DNA of 63,736 bases, counting the filler, from Guillardia theta CCMP2712 (Eukaryota; Protista; Cryptophyta): NCBI RefSeq assembly GCF_000315625.1. It is 4 parts of 4 records of this genome, joined end to end, with 100 filler letters (N's around TTAATTAATTAA, not from the genome) between each part and the next. Parts side by side here need not be neighbours in the genome. Positions count along the whole stretch, not along the records: positions 1 to 20,582 come from NW_005434386.1; 3 more parts are not named here. One strand, 5' to 3'. The position numbers and the translations under genes were made by a program. Of this stretch, positions 1-15,100 are shown piece by piece. The notes beneath the pieces were generated by a model that ran no database searches, was not told the DNA's origin, and was given only the letters and a program-made list of their open reading frames with translations. How positions within the stretch are numbered: position 1 is the first letter of the stretch; each line of letters begins with the position of its first letter.

Positions 1-99
1 TCCTCTACGTGTACTCTACCTCTCCCTCTCCTATCATCTCCCTCACCTATCGTCTCCTCTCCTCTCCTCTCCTCTCCTTCTCTTCTTCCTCTCTCGCTA

Positions 100-2030
<1,931 letters not shown>

Positions 2031-2239
2031 CTTACGAGCTGATGGAGAAAGAGAACCAGTACAAGTAGAGAAAGAGGATGGAGAAGGAGCAACAGAAGCA
2101 TCTTGGAGGAGGCGCAGGAGCAGCGGTGAAGCAGAAGAAGGAGAAGGAGCAAAAAGCTGAAGGGAGGGGGCGGGGCGGGGCAGCAATGGGAGGAGGAGGG
2201 GGAGGAGGAAGGGGAGGCAAAAAGAAAACACCTCGATCT

Positions 2240-2947
2240 CTGACTTGCATTCGAGTGACTGCAACTCATTCGAGTTCATCTCTGCCGCCCAACAATCAAT
2301 CTTGAAGCTCTTGACTTGAACACACGCACCGCTAGCGCTGTTCAAGTAGCATCCAACGGCTTCTGATGCCGCCATGCTCGCACATCTACATCGAAGTTTC
2401 GCCAGCTGCTCCAGCAGCGAGTCATTCTCAAGCAGGTCACTCTTGAAGTAAAAGAAGAAGAAGGTGATCACCTGCCCGGAGTCCTTGAGGCCCAGGCATA
2501 CCTCAGGCCTTGCCCCCATCTCCTGCATGGATTGTGTCGGAAGCTCCGTCGAGGCGCTGTTCGCTTGCCTCCCTGACGTGGACAACCTGCTCGAGGCACC
2601 TCCCTGTCAGCCTCCTCTCAAGCCATCGACTGCCCATCACCCCACGACTACGGCGGCCAAGGCAACCGCAGCCAGCAAACCTGTGCAAGAGTATCAGCGG
2701 AGGCTACACCAGGAGCCAGCAACCCAGCATGCGAGGTCTTGATTGCAAAGAGGTGGCGACTGAAGCGCCAAATGTCTGGAGGGTGTGAGCAGTCAGTATG
2801 CTGCAGATACTGATGTTAAGCCCTCGCTACCTTGAGAGTCAGTTGAGGCTCTACGTTGGATGGGCATGGCTCGTATGTCCTTCGGAACTCTCGGGGCATG
2901 GGCAGAGCTACATCCTCTTGTTCATCTCCACGAGGATGCAGGGGCAT
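2240..2947 (-). CDS. Unresolved coding exons (hydrophobic GLLAAVALAAVVVG segment and Cys-containing region); either the N-terminus of the QC gene or a separate small gene
   Basis: ATG at 2947, non-repetitive ORF 2028-2585, plausible GT-AG short introns; no recognisable domain. Confidence 0.35.
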
Positions 2948-3817
2948 CAAAGGCTTCGCTCCCACCTCCTCCTCCTCCTCCTCCTCCCTCGCCCCCGACC
3001 TCTCCTTCCCTACCATCTCCCCGATAATAGAAAACCCGTTACCTCTTGTAACGCCGGGCCTCCAACTGAGGCGGCCTCAGTGAGACCGGGCCCGGATCAC
3101 TCAGTGACTGAGCCTCGGAGCCCGGGCCAGGCTTGAACCGTAGGTGCAGTGGACCGAGAAGGCATCGCATGTTGCCTTCTCCGAGTCTTTACTCAAAGTT
3201 AAGTTAAAAATCAGTACGAGGACAATCAGGAGAGTCGAGGAGGCCGCCCGGCTTGCGACGAGAAGCCTGAGAAACTTGACAGCGAGAACCAAACCTATTC
3301 CTGCGCAGTGCCAACTGCTGTCCCCCAAACTTAACTCGGATCCCTTCAGTTACTAGTTAACTGCCAGTGCGCGTTGGGTACTGGCCTGCAACTTTTCTGG
3401 TCCCCGCCGCCGGTCGGCGCCGGGCCCGGCGAGTACCCAGGCCCGGCGAGTCACTCGGCGGTCGGAGTCGGCCCACTGGGCCAGGTCGGCCGCCAGAGCC
3501 GGGCGGCCGGGTCCGACGGCGGCCGGGGCCGCCGCTGGGTATGTATGGGGATGAGGGTTATTTTTTGCACGTGAAGCGCATGCACTAGACCGAAGAGTGA
3601 AGGGGGAGGGGGAGGGGGGAAGTAGCGACGAGAAGCGTCACAGTAGGAACATGAAGCAAGTCATGCAGACACGATGAAGAAGATGGCAACGAACATGCTG
3701 CTCTCATTGTTGACATGCTATGATGTTTCACGACTCGAACTCTTGTGTCGTTTGTTTCTGTTGACCTGAGCGATGGAGCTAGCGGACGTCTCTCTCGAAA
3801 GTGACTTTCTCCTTAGG

Positions 3818-6800
3818 ATGCCCTCAGTCGCCAAGTCGAAGGGGAGCATGCCAGCAGCATCCAAGAACAAGACCCCCAAAGCAGCCAACGGAAAAGCAGA
3901 AGAAATGAAGACTCCGGCGATGGTGAGGGAGGAGGAGGTGCGAGGCCTGGTAACGTGGAGGTCAGGACACCCCAATGGCGAGATCCAAGTCAACGATCAA
4001 GAAGGTGCTTGAGTTCCAGACCCCAAGCGCACGCAAGGTGAAGAGACGAGGATGAGGCGGACCTGACATGCTTGACAGCCTTCGAAGAGCGACGACAAGA
4101 GCCAGGTGAAGCTTTGAAGCATGGACGTGGATGAGAGGAGGAGGACGGGGAGAGAATGAGGGAGGAGGACGGGGAAGACGATGAGGAGCACACGGGGGAG
4201 GAGGGTCGTGACGATGAGCTTGTTCTTAGGATGTGAAAGAAGCGTCGGGTAGGAAGAGCCTCGGCTCAGTGAAACGAGCGTCTCCTCTTCAAAGCCAAGC
4301 CACTCCAAGCAAACGGAGCAAGAAGGAAGCCTTGTCTCCTGCAGTCAAGTCTCCTGCTGTCACCTCCATGGCAAAGAAAAGCTTCTCTCCTCTCCAAACT
4401 CGTTCACAGGTACCTCCTCTTATTCTTGTCAATCTCTCTCCGCTTCTCCACCCATCCTTCACCTCAACCCTTATGTCCCCTCCTTGCTTGCCTCTGACTT
4501 GCTGCAGCGAAAAAAAGCCCGAAAATCTAAGACGCCTCCTCCCCCAAAAGAAGAGGAGGAGGAAGAGGAGGAGGAGGAGGAAGAGGAGGAAGAGGAGGAG
4601 GTTGAGGCTGCTACCAATAGTCATGTAATCAAATGTCTATTCTTGCGTCGACTGAAGTTTTCCTGCAGGCCATGGAAGAAGAAAGCGAAGACGAAGAGGA
4701 TGAGAATGACGATTACATAGAAGACGATGGACAAGAGGGAGAGGAGGAGGAGGAGGAGGATGGTGAGGAGGAGGAGGCGACCAGGAAGGAGAGGAAGGAG
4801 AGGAAGAGGAAGATGGTGAGGAGGAGGAGGAGGAAATGGGCACCGACGACTTCCGGCTTCCAACTGAAGAAGAATTAGAAGAGGAGGCTAAACGACCGCC
4901 GGACAGCGGTGAGAAAGAGAGGAGAGGAGGAGGAAAGGGGAAGGGAGCGGGAAGGAGAGAGAGGGGGGGGGGGAGGGGAGAAGATGGGTTGGAGTGAGAC
5001 GGGGTTGAAAGCGGGAAGAGAGGATAGATTGAGTTTTGACCGTGACAGCTGGGGGAGGAGAAGGGGAGGAGCTGACGGTCTTGTCAGGGATGCTGCAACA
5101 GCGAGTGCAGGAGATCCTGCGAGTGCTGGTGAACTTTAAAGAACGACGAGCTGAGAATAGCTCGCGGGCAGACTACATGAGTCAGCTGGAGAAGGACCTC
5201 TGCGCCCTGCACGGCTACGTCCCCTTCCTCATCCAGCTCTTCCTCCAGCTGTTCCCCCCTGCCGAGGCGATCGAGTTCTTGGAAGCGAGTGAGAGGCAGC
5301 GGCCGGTAACGCTGCGGACCAACACGCTGAAGACGAGGAGGAAGGAGCTTGCGACCGCTCTCATCGCTCGCGGCGTCAACCTCGACCCCATCGACCGCTG
5401 GAGCTCCGTGGGGCTCGTCGTCTACGACTCTTCTGTGCCGGTCGGAGCGACGCCTGAGTACCTGGCGGGTCACTACATGCTCCAAAGTGCCTCCTCCTTT
5501 CTCCCCGTCATGGCGCTGAGCGCAGGAGAGCACGAGAAGGTGCTGGACATGTGCGCAAGCCCCGGAGGGAAGACGACCTACATCGCAGCGATGATGAAGA
5601 ACGCGGGCATGATCGTCTCTAACGACGCCAACGAGAAGAGACTCAAGTCGCTGGTCGGGAACATCCAGAGGATGGGAGTGAGGAACGCGGTCGTGACCAA
5701 CTACGACGGGCGGCTGCTCCCCTCGGTCTTCTCCTCCTTCGATCGCGTGCTCCTGGACGCTCCTTGCAGCGGGCTCGGCGTCATCTCCAAAGATCCAACG
5801 GTGCGGATGCAGAAGGACGAGGGAGACATCCAACGCTGCTCGGCCCTGCAGAAAGAGCTCATCCTCGCTGCCATCGACTGCGTCGACGCCTCGTCCAAGA
5901 CTGGAGGCATCATCGTCTACTCCACCTGTACCATCACGGTTACGCCTCTTCCTTGTCCTTCCTCTCCTCCTCCCCTCCTCCCCCTCCTCCCCTCCTCCTT
6001 GTCTTCGTCTGTAGTTGCACTGGCGCATGACAGTCGCTCAGGTGGAGGAGAACGAAGCTGTCATCGACTATGCGCTCAAGAAGAGGCACGTCAAGCTCTT
6101 AGATACAGGTTGACTCCTCTTCTCTCTCCTCTCTCCTCTCTCCTCTCTCCTCTCTCCTCTCTCCTCTCTCCTCTCTCCTCTCTCCTCTCTCCTCTCTCCT
6201 CTCTTCTCTCTCCTCTCTCCTCTCTCCTCTCTCCTCTCTCCTCTCTCCTCTCTCCTCTCTCTCCTCTCTCCTCTCTTCTCTCTTCTCTCTTCTCTCTTCT
6301 CTCTCCTCTCTCCTCTCTTCTCTCTTCTCTCTCCTCTCTCCTCTCTCCCTACTCTCGCCCCGTCTTCATCCCCTCACTCATTCTGCCCCCCCATCCCCCC
6401 CCTCTTCCTTCCCTTCTGGTTGCTCCTCCCCTCGCCTTGCCGCCTCTCATCTTGTCTCGGAGTCTGAAAGGAGGAGCAGGGCTTGACTTCGGAGTGCCGG
6501 GCTACGGGAGGTACCGGGGGAAGCAGTTCCATCCCTCCGTCTCTCTCACCCGCCGCTTCTACCCGCACGTGCACAACATGGACGGGTTCTTCGTCGCCAA
6601 GCTCAAGAAGCTCTCCAACGCCAAGACGGCGAAGCCTCAGGAGGAGGCGAAAGAGCAAGCGAAGAAGAAATCGCAGGGCAAAGCCAAAGTAGACGAGGAG
6701 GAGGAAGACGCTGAGGAGGGAGACGGGGAGGAGGAGGAGGAGGAGGAGGAGGAGGAGGGCCAGGAAGAAGGGGAAGAGGGCGAGGAGGAGGAGGAGGAGG

Positions 6801-6820
6801 AGGAGGATGAGAGTCAATGA
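3818..6820 (+). CDS. NOP2: Nop2/NOL1 rRNA cytosine-C5 methyltransferase, multi-exon, with acidic N- and C-terminal tails; 5' end approximate
   Basis: RPVTLRTNTLKTRRKELA, VGATPEYLAGHYMLQSASS, VLDMCASPGGKTT, FDRVLLDAPCSG, IVYSTC, RRFYPHVHNMDGFFVAKLKK; stop TGA at 6818-6820. Confidence 0.95.
6112..6350. repeat. CT-rich minisatellite in a NOP2 intron
   Basis: Tandem ctctctc/ctctcct units; the spurious LLSPLSS peptide in the ORF track comes from this. Confidence 0.9.
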
Positions 6821-6859
6821 GGGTTTCCTCGTAGTTGTAACTTCTCTTCGCATTAATCT

Positions 6860-8408
6860 TTCAAGCTTTGCTTGTTCTCCTTGTTGACTCTTCACGTTCT
6901 CTGTCCCCGAGGGTTCGACCCGCTTGCTCGTTTGCTTCCCTGGTCGTTTGCTCGTCCCCTGTTACTTATCTTATCAGCGCCTCCTCCTCCTCCTCTCCCT
7001 CTTGACCGCCTCCCCTCGTTCCCCAGCCTCTTGTCACCTCATTCCGTCGCCCTCGACCCGCGTCTCCGAGGAAACCGACCGAGGAGAAGAGCTGGAAGAG
7101 CCTGGCGGAAGCAAGATGAAGAGAAGAGGAGATGAGACTAGAGAGGACAAGAGAAGGGATGGGAGGGGGAAGGAGAAGAGAAGGGATGGGAGGGAGGAGG
7201 AGACGAGAAGGGATGGGAGGGGGAAGGAGAAGAGAAGGGATGGGAGGGAGGAGGAGACGAGAAGGGATGGGAGGGGGAAGGAGACGAGAAGGGATGGGAG
7301 GGAGGAGGAGACGAGAAGGGATGGGAGGGGGAAGGAGAAGGAGCCCCACATGCTTGTTGGGAGTTGTTTGAAGCAAATCCACAGTCGTCGACAGGAATTC
7401 TTCATACACCTGCACCAGGCAAGTCGACGGGAGGGAGGGAGAGGAGGAGGAGGCGGGAGGAGAGGCGAAGGGAAGCAAGAGGCACAGAGGAGAGAGGAGT
7501 GGAGGAGACTGAGGGAAGGGAGGAGGCAGGGGAAGAGCAGAAGGAGGCACCTGGCAGGCGGGACAAGAGCACTTTGCAGATCCCAACTCACTCCTCTCAT
7601 GCCTAGAGCAGGAGCCGTCAGCTTCGGATCTTCTCTCCTCCCCTCCTCTCACTTGTCTCGACTCAAGTCTCCTCGCCCAGTCGCCTGCACATACGTCACG
7701 CCTATCCTCGTCCTCTTCCTCCTCCCCTCACGTTGGCTCGCAGCTCCACCCCGCGAGCTTGTCTGGCGTCCTCACTAAGCAGAAGTCAGTCACTTGGCCC
7801 CTCCCTCCCTCCCTCACCTCCGGTTGGCGTCGCGACGAGCAGGCGACATGGTCTTGGCGTTGCGCTGCCCAACCGATGAGCAACAAGTTGAGCAGAAGTG
7901 AAGACGGTAGGGTGAGTTCAGCAAAGAGAGCGATGGAGGGGAGGGAGGAGNNNNNNNNNNNNNNNNNNNNNNNNNNNNNNNNNNNNNNNNNNNNNNNNNN
8001 NNNNNNNNNNNNNNNNNNNNNNNNNNNNNNNNNNNNNNNNNNNNNNNNNNCCACTCCACCAGCCCCTCTCCTCTCCCTCCCCTCCCCTCCTCCTCCTCCC
8101 TCCCTCCCTCCTCTCCCTCTCCCTCTCCCTCTCCCTCTCCTCTCCTCTCCTCTCCTCTCCTCTCCTCTCCTCTCCTCTCCTTCCTTTCTCTCTCTCTCGC
8201 CCTCGTCTCCCTCTTTCCTCCCTCTCCCTCCTCTCTTACGGTTCAAGACTGTGTCGTCGTCTGACCCATCATCCGACGAGTCTTCTCGCGCCTCGTTCTC
8301 GTCGTCTGAATCATCCTCCGGCAGCGGACAACTCTCCACCTGTCATGTGCGGTGAGCTCCAAAAAGGCGACGGTGATGATTAGTATGTGGAGTTGTTGTT
8401 GTTGTTGT

Positions 8409-8467
<59 letters not shown>

Positions 8468-11400
8468 ATGATGATGGAGATGATGATGGAGATGATGATG
8501 GAGTTGGTGGAGAAGTTGAGACTACTTGTTTCAGAATCTTCTCTTGAAATTCTTCGAGCTGAAGACTCTCGTTGGAACACCACAATGAAGCCATTGCCTG
8601 CCTCGCGTCATCTTCACCGTCTCAGTCTCTCGCCCCTCACTCGGCACAGCGACTCGCCCATGGCCTTGTAGTGTTGGATGCCAAAGTGACTGTCGCGCGG
8701 CTCGTGCTCCTGGTCTGCTCCTCTCTCATCCCTTGCGAGCAACCTCACAGCTCACCTGCCCCTCCGAAGGAAGCCTCCATGGTGTAGCTGTGGTCGGTGA
8801 ACTGACAGCAGATTCAAGCACAGCAAGGGGAGGGAGGGGGAGGGAGGGAGGCGAGGGAGGGAGGCGGAGGGAGGGAGGGAGGGAGGGAGGGAGGGAGGGA
8901 GGGAGGAACCTGCCGCCATACAACGACTCTTCCCGATGTCTCTTTTCTTCTCTTCACGTGGAAGCGACAATCCTTGCAGAGAGTAAGAGGAGACGAGGGA
9001 AGGGAGAGGCACCTGGAAGTTGAACTGGGGGGAAACATCCTCGAGGACAGCAGGGAACAGCCTTGCCTCCAGTGCTTTCGGCTTCTCTCTCGTCGCGTGG
9101 TTCTCCCCGTCTTCCCTGGCAGCCTCGTCGGACTCGAAGAGGAGGAGGAGGAGGAGGAGGAGGAGGAGGAGGAGGAGGAGGAGGAGGAGGCTTACCAGTA
9201 CTTGGAGTCGCAGCCGTAGATGAAGACATTCTTCTTCACGCTGTGTCCGTGCCTGACATGAGGGGTAAGGGCCCGAGGAGCTGTCAAGTCCGACTGACAA
9301 GTCGACGAAGAGCGCGATGCCTCGCTCGTCTCGCATTCTCGCCATCATCTCCTTCATGTGATGGATGGTGGGTTGTAGCGTCGGACAAGGGTTCTGCTTC
9401 CCCTCAGTGCTGCTCCTTCTCACCTCCCCTCCTCTCCTCACCTTCCACTTCCTGTTCAAGTCGTTGCCTGCCATGCCCGTCCTGCGGGGAGTGAGGGACG
9501 AGGAGAGCCTGGAGGGTCACCGGTAGTTGCCGATGATGACGCCGTCGGGGTTGATCATCGGGACGATCTTGAAGACGAACTGCTGGCGCAGCTTCTTCGC
9601 CTCCTAGTCTGACGGTCAGGGGGGAGGGCGAGCGAGTCAGCGGCACCTCATGCGAGCTGAGGAGGAAGTCGATACACCCGTGCATCATCCAAGACGAGTT
9701 GGTCTCTCCCGGATGTACCCGCGCTGACAGCACCACGCACTGCTTCTTCTGCTCGTCCTCTCAGCCTCTTCCACTCGCATGCCGCTCACCTGAGCCTCCG
9801 CCTCCTCGCCCGTGACCTCCCGCGGGTCCGTGATCGTCAGCACTTCACATCGATTGCCTGCATGGAGTCGGCGAGCAGACCCTCAGCTGAGGCCTGACCT
9901 GCGATGCTGCGGCAGAGCAGCTTCCGTCGGAAAATCTTGCGGATGTCGACGTCGGACTGCAAGGGACTCAGGTGGGTCATAGCTGGAAATGAGAAGGAGC
10001 GGAGGACGAGGAGAAGGAAGAAGAATGTGGAGCTTCTCGTGGTGCAGGAGGTTGTAGAGGAGGAGGAGGAGACGATGGCACCTCCAGCTTGCGGATGTAC
10101 TGCTGCAGGTCCGAGTAGGTGTAGGGGAAGCAGTGAGCGAGGTAGCAGATGTCGTTGCCGTGCGGAAACTGCAGGGAGAACTGGAGGGAGTAAAAGTTCC
10201 TGACGATGCTCCTGACGAGCTCAGTGAGTTGAGGGACGGAGAGCGTCAGGTCACCTCTTCGAGTACTGATAGTCGTTGCGATGGTACGAGATGTCGAATC
10301 CAGCTCTATGCCACCCTCGCCCTCGCGTCTGCTCCGCGTCAGAGGCGTGGCAGCGAGCGCGTGCTTGCGTCACTTTGGCTTCTTTCTCGGAGTGGAGCAG
10401 AGGCTTGAGTCCCTTGCTGTACATGCTCGTTCGCTTGTACAAGTTCACTAGCAGGCCTTCAGCTCCTCTCTTCCTCCCCGTCTCGTACCGATGGTGAACT
10501 TGTAGGTCACGTCCTTTCTGGTGTTGCCAACTGAGAAGAAGTACCACTGCGTGTGTCCGTTGGTGTTGAAATCGTTCTTCAGCACCTGCCCCTCTCGTCG
10601 TCATCTCCTCCCCTTCACCTCCCTCTCCTGCACCAGCTCGTACTCGAACTCCGCCACCTGATACGCCTGGTACAGGTTGCCTGCCAGCAGTCAGCGGGGA
10701 ACGGGAGGGCGGGCGAGGACCGGACTCGAAGAGCGACTCGAAGATGAGCGTTGTGTCGTTTTCAGTCTGAATGTGGTAGTACCTGACCCCTCAGCTCACT
10801 CCCAGCTGACTTCCAGCCCTCTTCCCGCGAGCTCACGTGTCATCGTCGGCCTTTGGGGTCACCAGCCTCCGCGCGTTGAGCGTCACCGAGTCGTATACCA
10901 GCTGCCGCACGCGTGATGGAGAGGGAGAGGGAGAGGGAGAGGGAGAGGGAGAGGGAGAGGGAGAGGGAGAGGGAGAGGGAGAGGGAGAGGGAGAGGGAGA
11001 GCTAGCGCGTCTCCTCCATCCACCTTGCCGGCGAGCCCCACAGGGTAACCTGTCTCGGAGACGACTCCCTTCTTGCTCACCTGCTGCGGGTCAAGCTCAC
11101 GACCTGACCTCCTGCCTTCACCACCTTCCCCATGATCATGTCCATTTCCCCAGGCGTGAGTCGCTTGTCTCTGACCTCCACCAAAGCTTCTTCCTCCGAC
11201 TCTTGACACAGCAGAGGAGGAGCGATGGGTCTGCTCGTGTCATCAGGAGCTACTGGTACATTGCGCAGGTTTCACTTGAGCTTGAGAAGCTGCCCCGTCT
11301 TGGGCGAGTCATCTTCGAACAGGTCTCACAAGAACAAGGAGGCATATCCCATGCTCACCAATGAAATCATCCCAACTAGTCCCGTCCCGTTCGTAGAAGA

Positions 11401-11900
11401 GAGGCTGCGGGGCGCAATGCTCCTCTCCTTCGCCTCCCTCACCCTGACATGCTCTCAGATGTCTCGCCAGTGCAGCCAGAGATTCTTACTGTCCCTGTTC
11501 TGAGGTCTGCTCCTCTTCCTCCTCCGCCTCTGATTCTTCTTCATCCTCTCCTCCCGACCATTGCCCATCATCGCCGTCGGCTTCATCAGGAGGAGACAGG
11601 TTTGGGTCCTTGCCTGCCTCGGTCTTGAACATGTCGCACTCTACTTGAGCATCTGCATGGCAGTCATCGCGCAAGAGTCGTGACGACGTGACATCGAACA
11701 GAGGAAGAGAACAGGAGGGGAAGGGGGGAAGAGAGAAGGAGGGGAAGGTTGCTAGCACTCACATCAGTCTTGCGCTTTCTTGCCCTGGGCTGTCCCGGAT
11801 GGTCTGATCCTACAGGTTGAGGTGAGTGAACCGCTATCTTCTCTACTCCTGCTTCATCTTCCCGCTTTTTGGCTTCTCCCTCTAAATTTTAACTCCTCGC
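6860..11900 (-). CDS. AGBL: Cytosolic carboxypeptidase (M14D, CCP/AGBL/Nna1 tubulin deglutamylase family), many exons; ends approximate
   Basis: Exons read FSSRFESG-NLYQA, LKNDFNTNGHTQWYFF, FPYTYSDL, VVLSARVHPGETNSSWMMHG, FKIVPMINPDGVIIGNYR, GNDLNRKW, LFVDL-HGHS, SYTMEASFGG, HFGIQHYKAMGESLC, followed by an acidic SDDGSDD tail. Confidence 0.92.
7148..7342. repeat. GA-rich ~24-27 bp minisatellite (gagaagggatgggagg...), intronic
   Basis: About 7 tandem units visible. Confidence 0.85.
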
Positions 11901-11997
11901 TTCCCCCTGCATCTCCTTGCTGCTCTTGTTACCTTCTTGCTATTCTCGTCTCTTTCACCTCTCGATGCTTAGTCTGCCTCTCTCCCCGCACACGCAC

Positions 11998-12090
11998 GTC
12001 CTCCCGCCCTCTCTAGCTCCCTCCTTGTCCTCCCGCCCTCTCTAGCTCCCTCCTCGTCCTCCCGCCCTCTCTAGCTCCCTCCTTGTCCTC
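11998..12090. repeat. 29-bp tandem repeat, ~3 copies
   Basis: gtcctcccgccctctctagctccctcct(t/c) repeated three times. Confidence 0.9.
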
Positions 12091-12168
12091 GTCCGAGGGA
12101 GGGAGGGAGCATGGAGTACCTGGGTGCACCGACAGTATCAAATTCTTTTTTACTTTTACACTTGTTTT

Positions 12169-15100
12169 TTAAGCTTGATCAAGGGAGGCGAGGCGGGCTT
12201 GTTTCTTCTCGAGCAGACGCTTGACGGGGCTTGACGCCTGGTGATCGATCAAGGCGTTGAGACAGACAAGCTCGCGCTCCACGGCGTTGAAGTCATACGT
12301 CAACAGGAAAACTCCTTCAGCCGACCGAGTCCAAGTCTTCACCGAGCCATCACAAGCTGAGAAGGTGAATAAAGATTGTCCTGCTTGCCCCCAGCTCACC
12401 TCGTCGATCGAGCCTTCATGGCCTTCCAGCTCTTGACAGCTCTTGTCATGCACTCCCCACACTTTTACCGTCCCGCATGAGCTCGACCAGCCGGCGAGTC
12501 TCTTCCCATCTGGTGCCCAGCTCAGCTCTGTGATGCTCTTGGCAAGGTCGTCGAGCTCTTTACAATCTCCTGTCATCACGTCCAGCACTGTCTGGCTCCC
12601 TCCAGTCTTGGACCAGCTGGCAAGTTTCGTCCCATCTGGTGCCCAGCTCAGTCTCCGGGTTGTTCCTGGGGAACCCTCGAGCCTCCGAAGACTTGGAGTA
12701 GTCACGTCAAGCACTGTCAATATCCCCTCTGCCTCCGACCATCCTGCAAGTTTCTCGCCGTCTGGTGCCCAGCTCAGCTCACTGACCGATCCCTCGTGAC
12801 CCTGGAGCTCCTGCCGGCTGCCAGTTGTCACGTCCCACACCTTGGCCTTCTTGTCTGACACTGACAGGCCTGCCAGTCTCTTTCCGTCCGATCCCCAGCT
12901 TAACTCCTTGATTCCTTGGGCTTCACCCTGCAGCTTCTGGAAGCTCCCTGTTCTCACGTCCCACACCCTCACCTTTCCCCCTGACTCTGACCAGACTGCG
13001 AGTCTCGTCCCATCTGGTGCCCAGCTGAGCTCCCAGACTGAAGCTGCAGGACCATTGAGCTGGTGACGTACTCCATTAGTCACGTCAAGCACTGTCAATA
13101 TCCCCTCTGCCTCCGACCATCCTGCAAGTTTCTCGCCGTCTGGTGCCCAGCTCAGCTCACTGACCGATCCCTCGTGACCCTGGAGCTCCTGCCGGCTGCC
13201 AGTTGTCACGTCCCACACCTTGGCCTTCTTGTCTGACACTGACAGGCCTGCCAGTCTCTTGCTGTTCGGAGCCCAGGTCAACGTCCCCACTGTGCCTTGA
13301 CAACCCTCGAGTTCCTTGACGCTCCCTGTTCTCACGTCCCACACCCTCACCTTCCCGTCTGTCCATGACCAGCCGGCGAGTCTCGTCCCATCTGGTGCCC
13401 AGCTGAGCTCTCTGATGCCTTTGGCACGCCCGTCGAGCTCTTGGCAGCTTCCCCGCGTCACGTCCCACACCCTCAATTTCCCGTCAGAGTCTGCCCAGTG
13501 ACTGGTTGAGCCTCGTCTGCCGTTGGAGGAAAGCAACACAGACAGTCGAAGTTTGCCGTTGGGTTCCCAGAGCAGGCTCGGTCTGTCGGCCAGGTACTGC
13601 GGTAGGACTTGCAGCGGACCGTATGATCGGCAGTGATGATATACTGTGATGTCTCCCCGCGACAGGAGCAGCAGCCGATCGTCTTGAGTCAGACAATGGC
13701 AGGTTACGTTGGGGGCTTGAGGGTCAGCCGCCTTATGGCAGATCGTTCGGAGACACTCGCCTGTCTCCACGTCCCACAAGCAGACGATCTGACCCACATA
13801 GATGGTCACCAGCGTCATGCCATCGCCCCCCCAGCTGAGCTCCTCCACTTCCTCACCTCGGCCGTCTAACTCCAGGCAGCCTCTCGTCGCCATGTCCCAC
13901 ACCCGCACCTTCCCGCTTGCCCTCGTCACGGTAGCAAGCTTCCCGCCATCCGGCCCCCAGCTCAGCTCCCTCAGCTCTTCCCCGGGTACTTGGAGCTCCT
14001 GACTGCTTCTTGACTTGGAGTCCCACAACCTTGTTTTCCCTCCTGACCATGTCAGTGCCGCCAGACTCCTGCCACCCGACGGATTCGCTCTCCAACCAAG
14101 CAAGACAGTGTTGGCATCATCTAAGTCTACCTGATGGGTCACCTGAGCCGACCCAACGTCGTAAGAGAAGAGGCTGCACCGTCGTGCTAGGAAGATCCAA
14201 GTAGCCACGTTTGGGTCGTTTTCCCATCCAAAATGAAGACACAAGCAGCAGCTTTCCCCATCTTTCTCGTAAGCACACTCTCCTGTCTCCATGTCCCACA
14301 CCTTTACCCTCCCGTCTGACTCGCACCACACCGCAAGTCTCGTCCCACCTGGCCCCCAGCTCAGTTCATGGATCCCTTCCTTTGGACCCTCGAGTTCCTT
14401 GCAGCTCCCTGTTCTCACGTCCCACACCCTCACCTTCCCGTCTTTCCATGACCAGCCGGCGAGTCTCGTCCCATCTGGTGCCCAGCTGAGCTCTCTGATG
14501 CCTTTGGCACGCCCGTCAAGTGTCTGACAGCCCCCTATCGTCACGTCCCACACCCTCACCTTCCCTCCTGACTCTGACCAACCGGCGAGTATCCTTCCTG
14601 CAGGAGCCCAGGTGAGCTTCTCCACCTTCCCTTCGAAGCCGCGCAGCTCCTGACATCCTCCGCGAGTCACGTCCCACACCAGCACCTTCCCAGCTGCCTC
14701 CGACCACCCGGCGAGTCTCTTCCCGTCTGCAGCCCAGTTCAGTTCCAGCATCATTCCCCCATACCCATCAAGTTCTTTGTAGTTGCCTTGCATCAAGTTC
14801 CACACTAGCACCTTCCCAGCTGCCTCCGACCACCCTGCAAATTTCGTCCCGTCTGGTGCCCAGCTCAGCTTTAGCACCGATCCTGCAGGACCGTCGAGCT
14901 CTTGACATGCTCCTGTCGTCAAGTTCCAGACTCTTAGCCGTCCCCCGGACTCTGGCAGGCCGACGAGTCTGCTCCCGTCCGGCCCCCAGCTGAGCTCTTT
15001 GACGCCTCTGATACGTCCATCGAGCACGCGAGACTTGCCTGTCTTGATGTCCCACACTTCGACCTTGCCGTCTGACTTTGACAAGCCCGCGAGATGTTCA

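Noticed and set aside
11998-12090. 29-bp repeats next to the NLR-like gene as CRISPR-like or regulatory array
   Set aside because: A simple tandem minisatellite without spacers.
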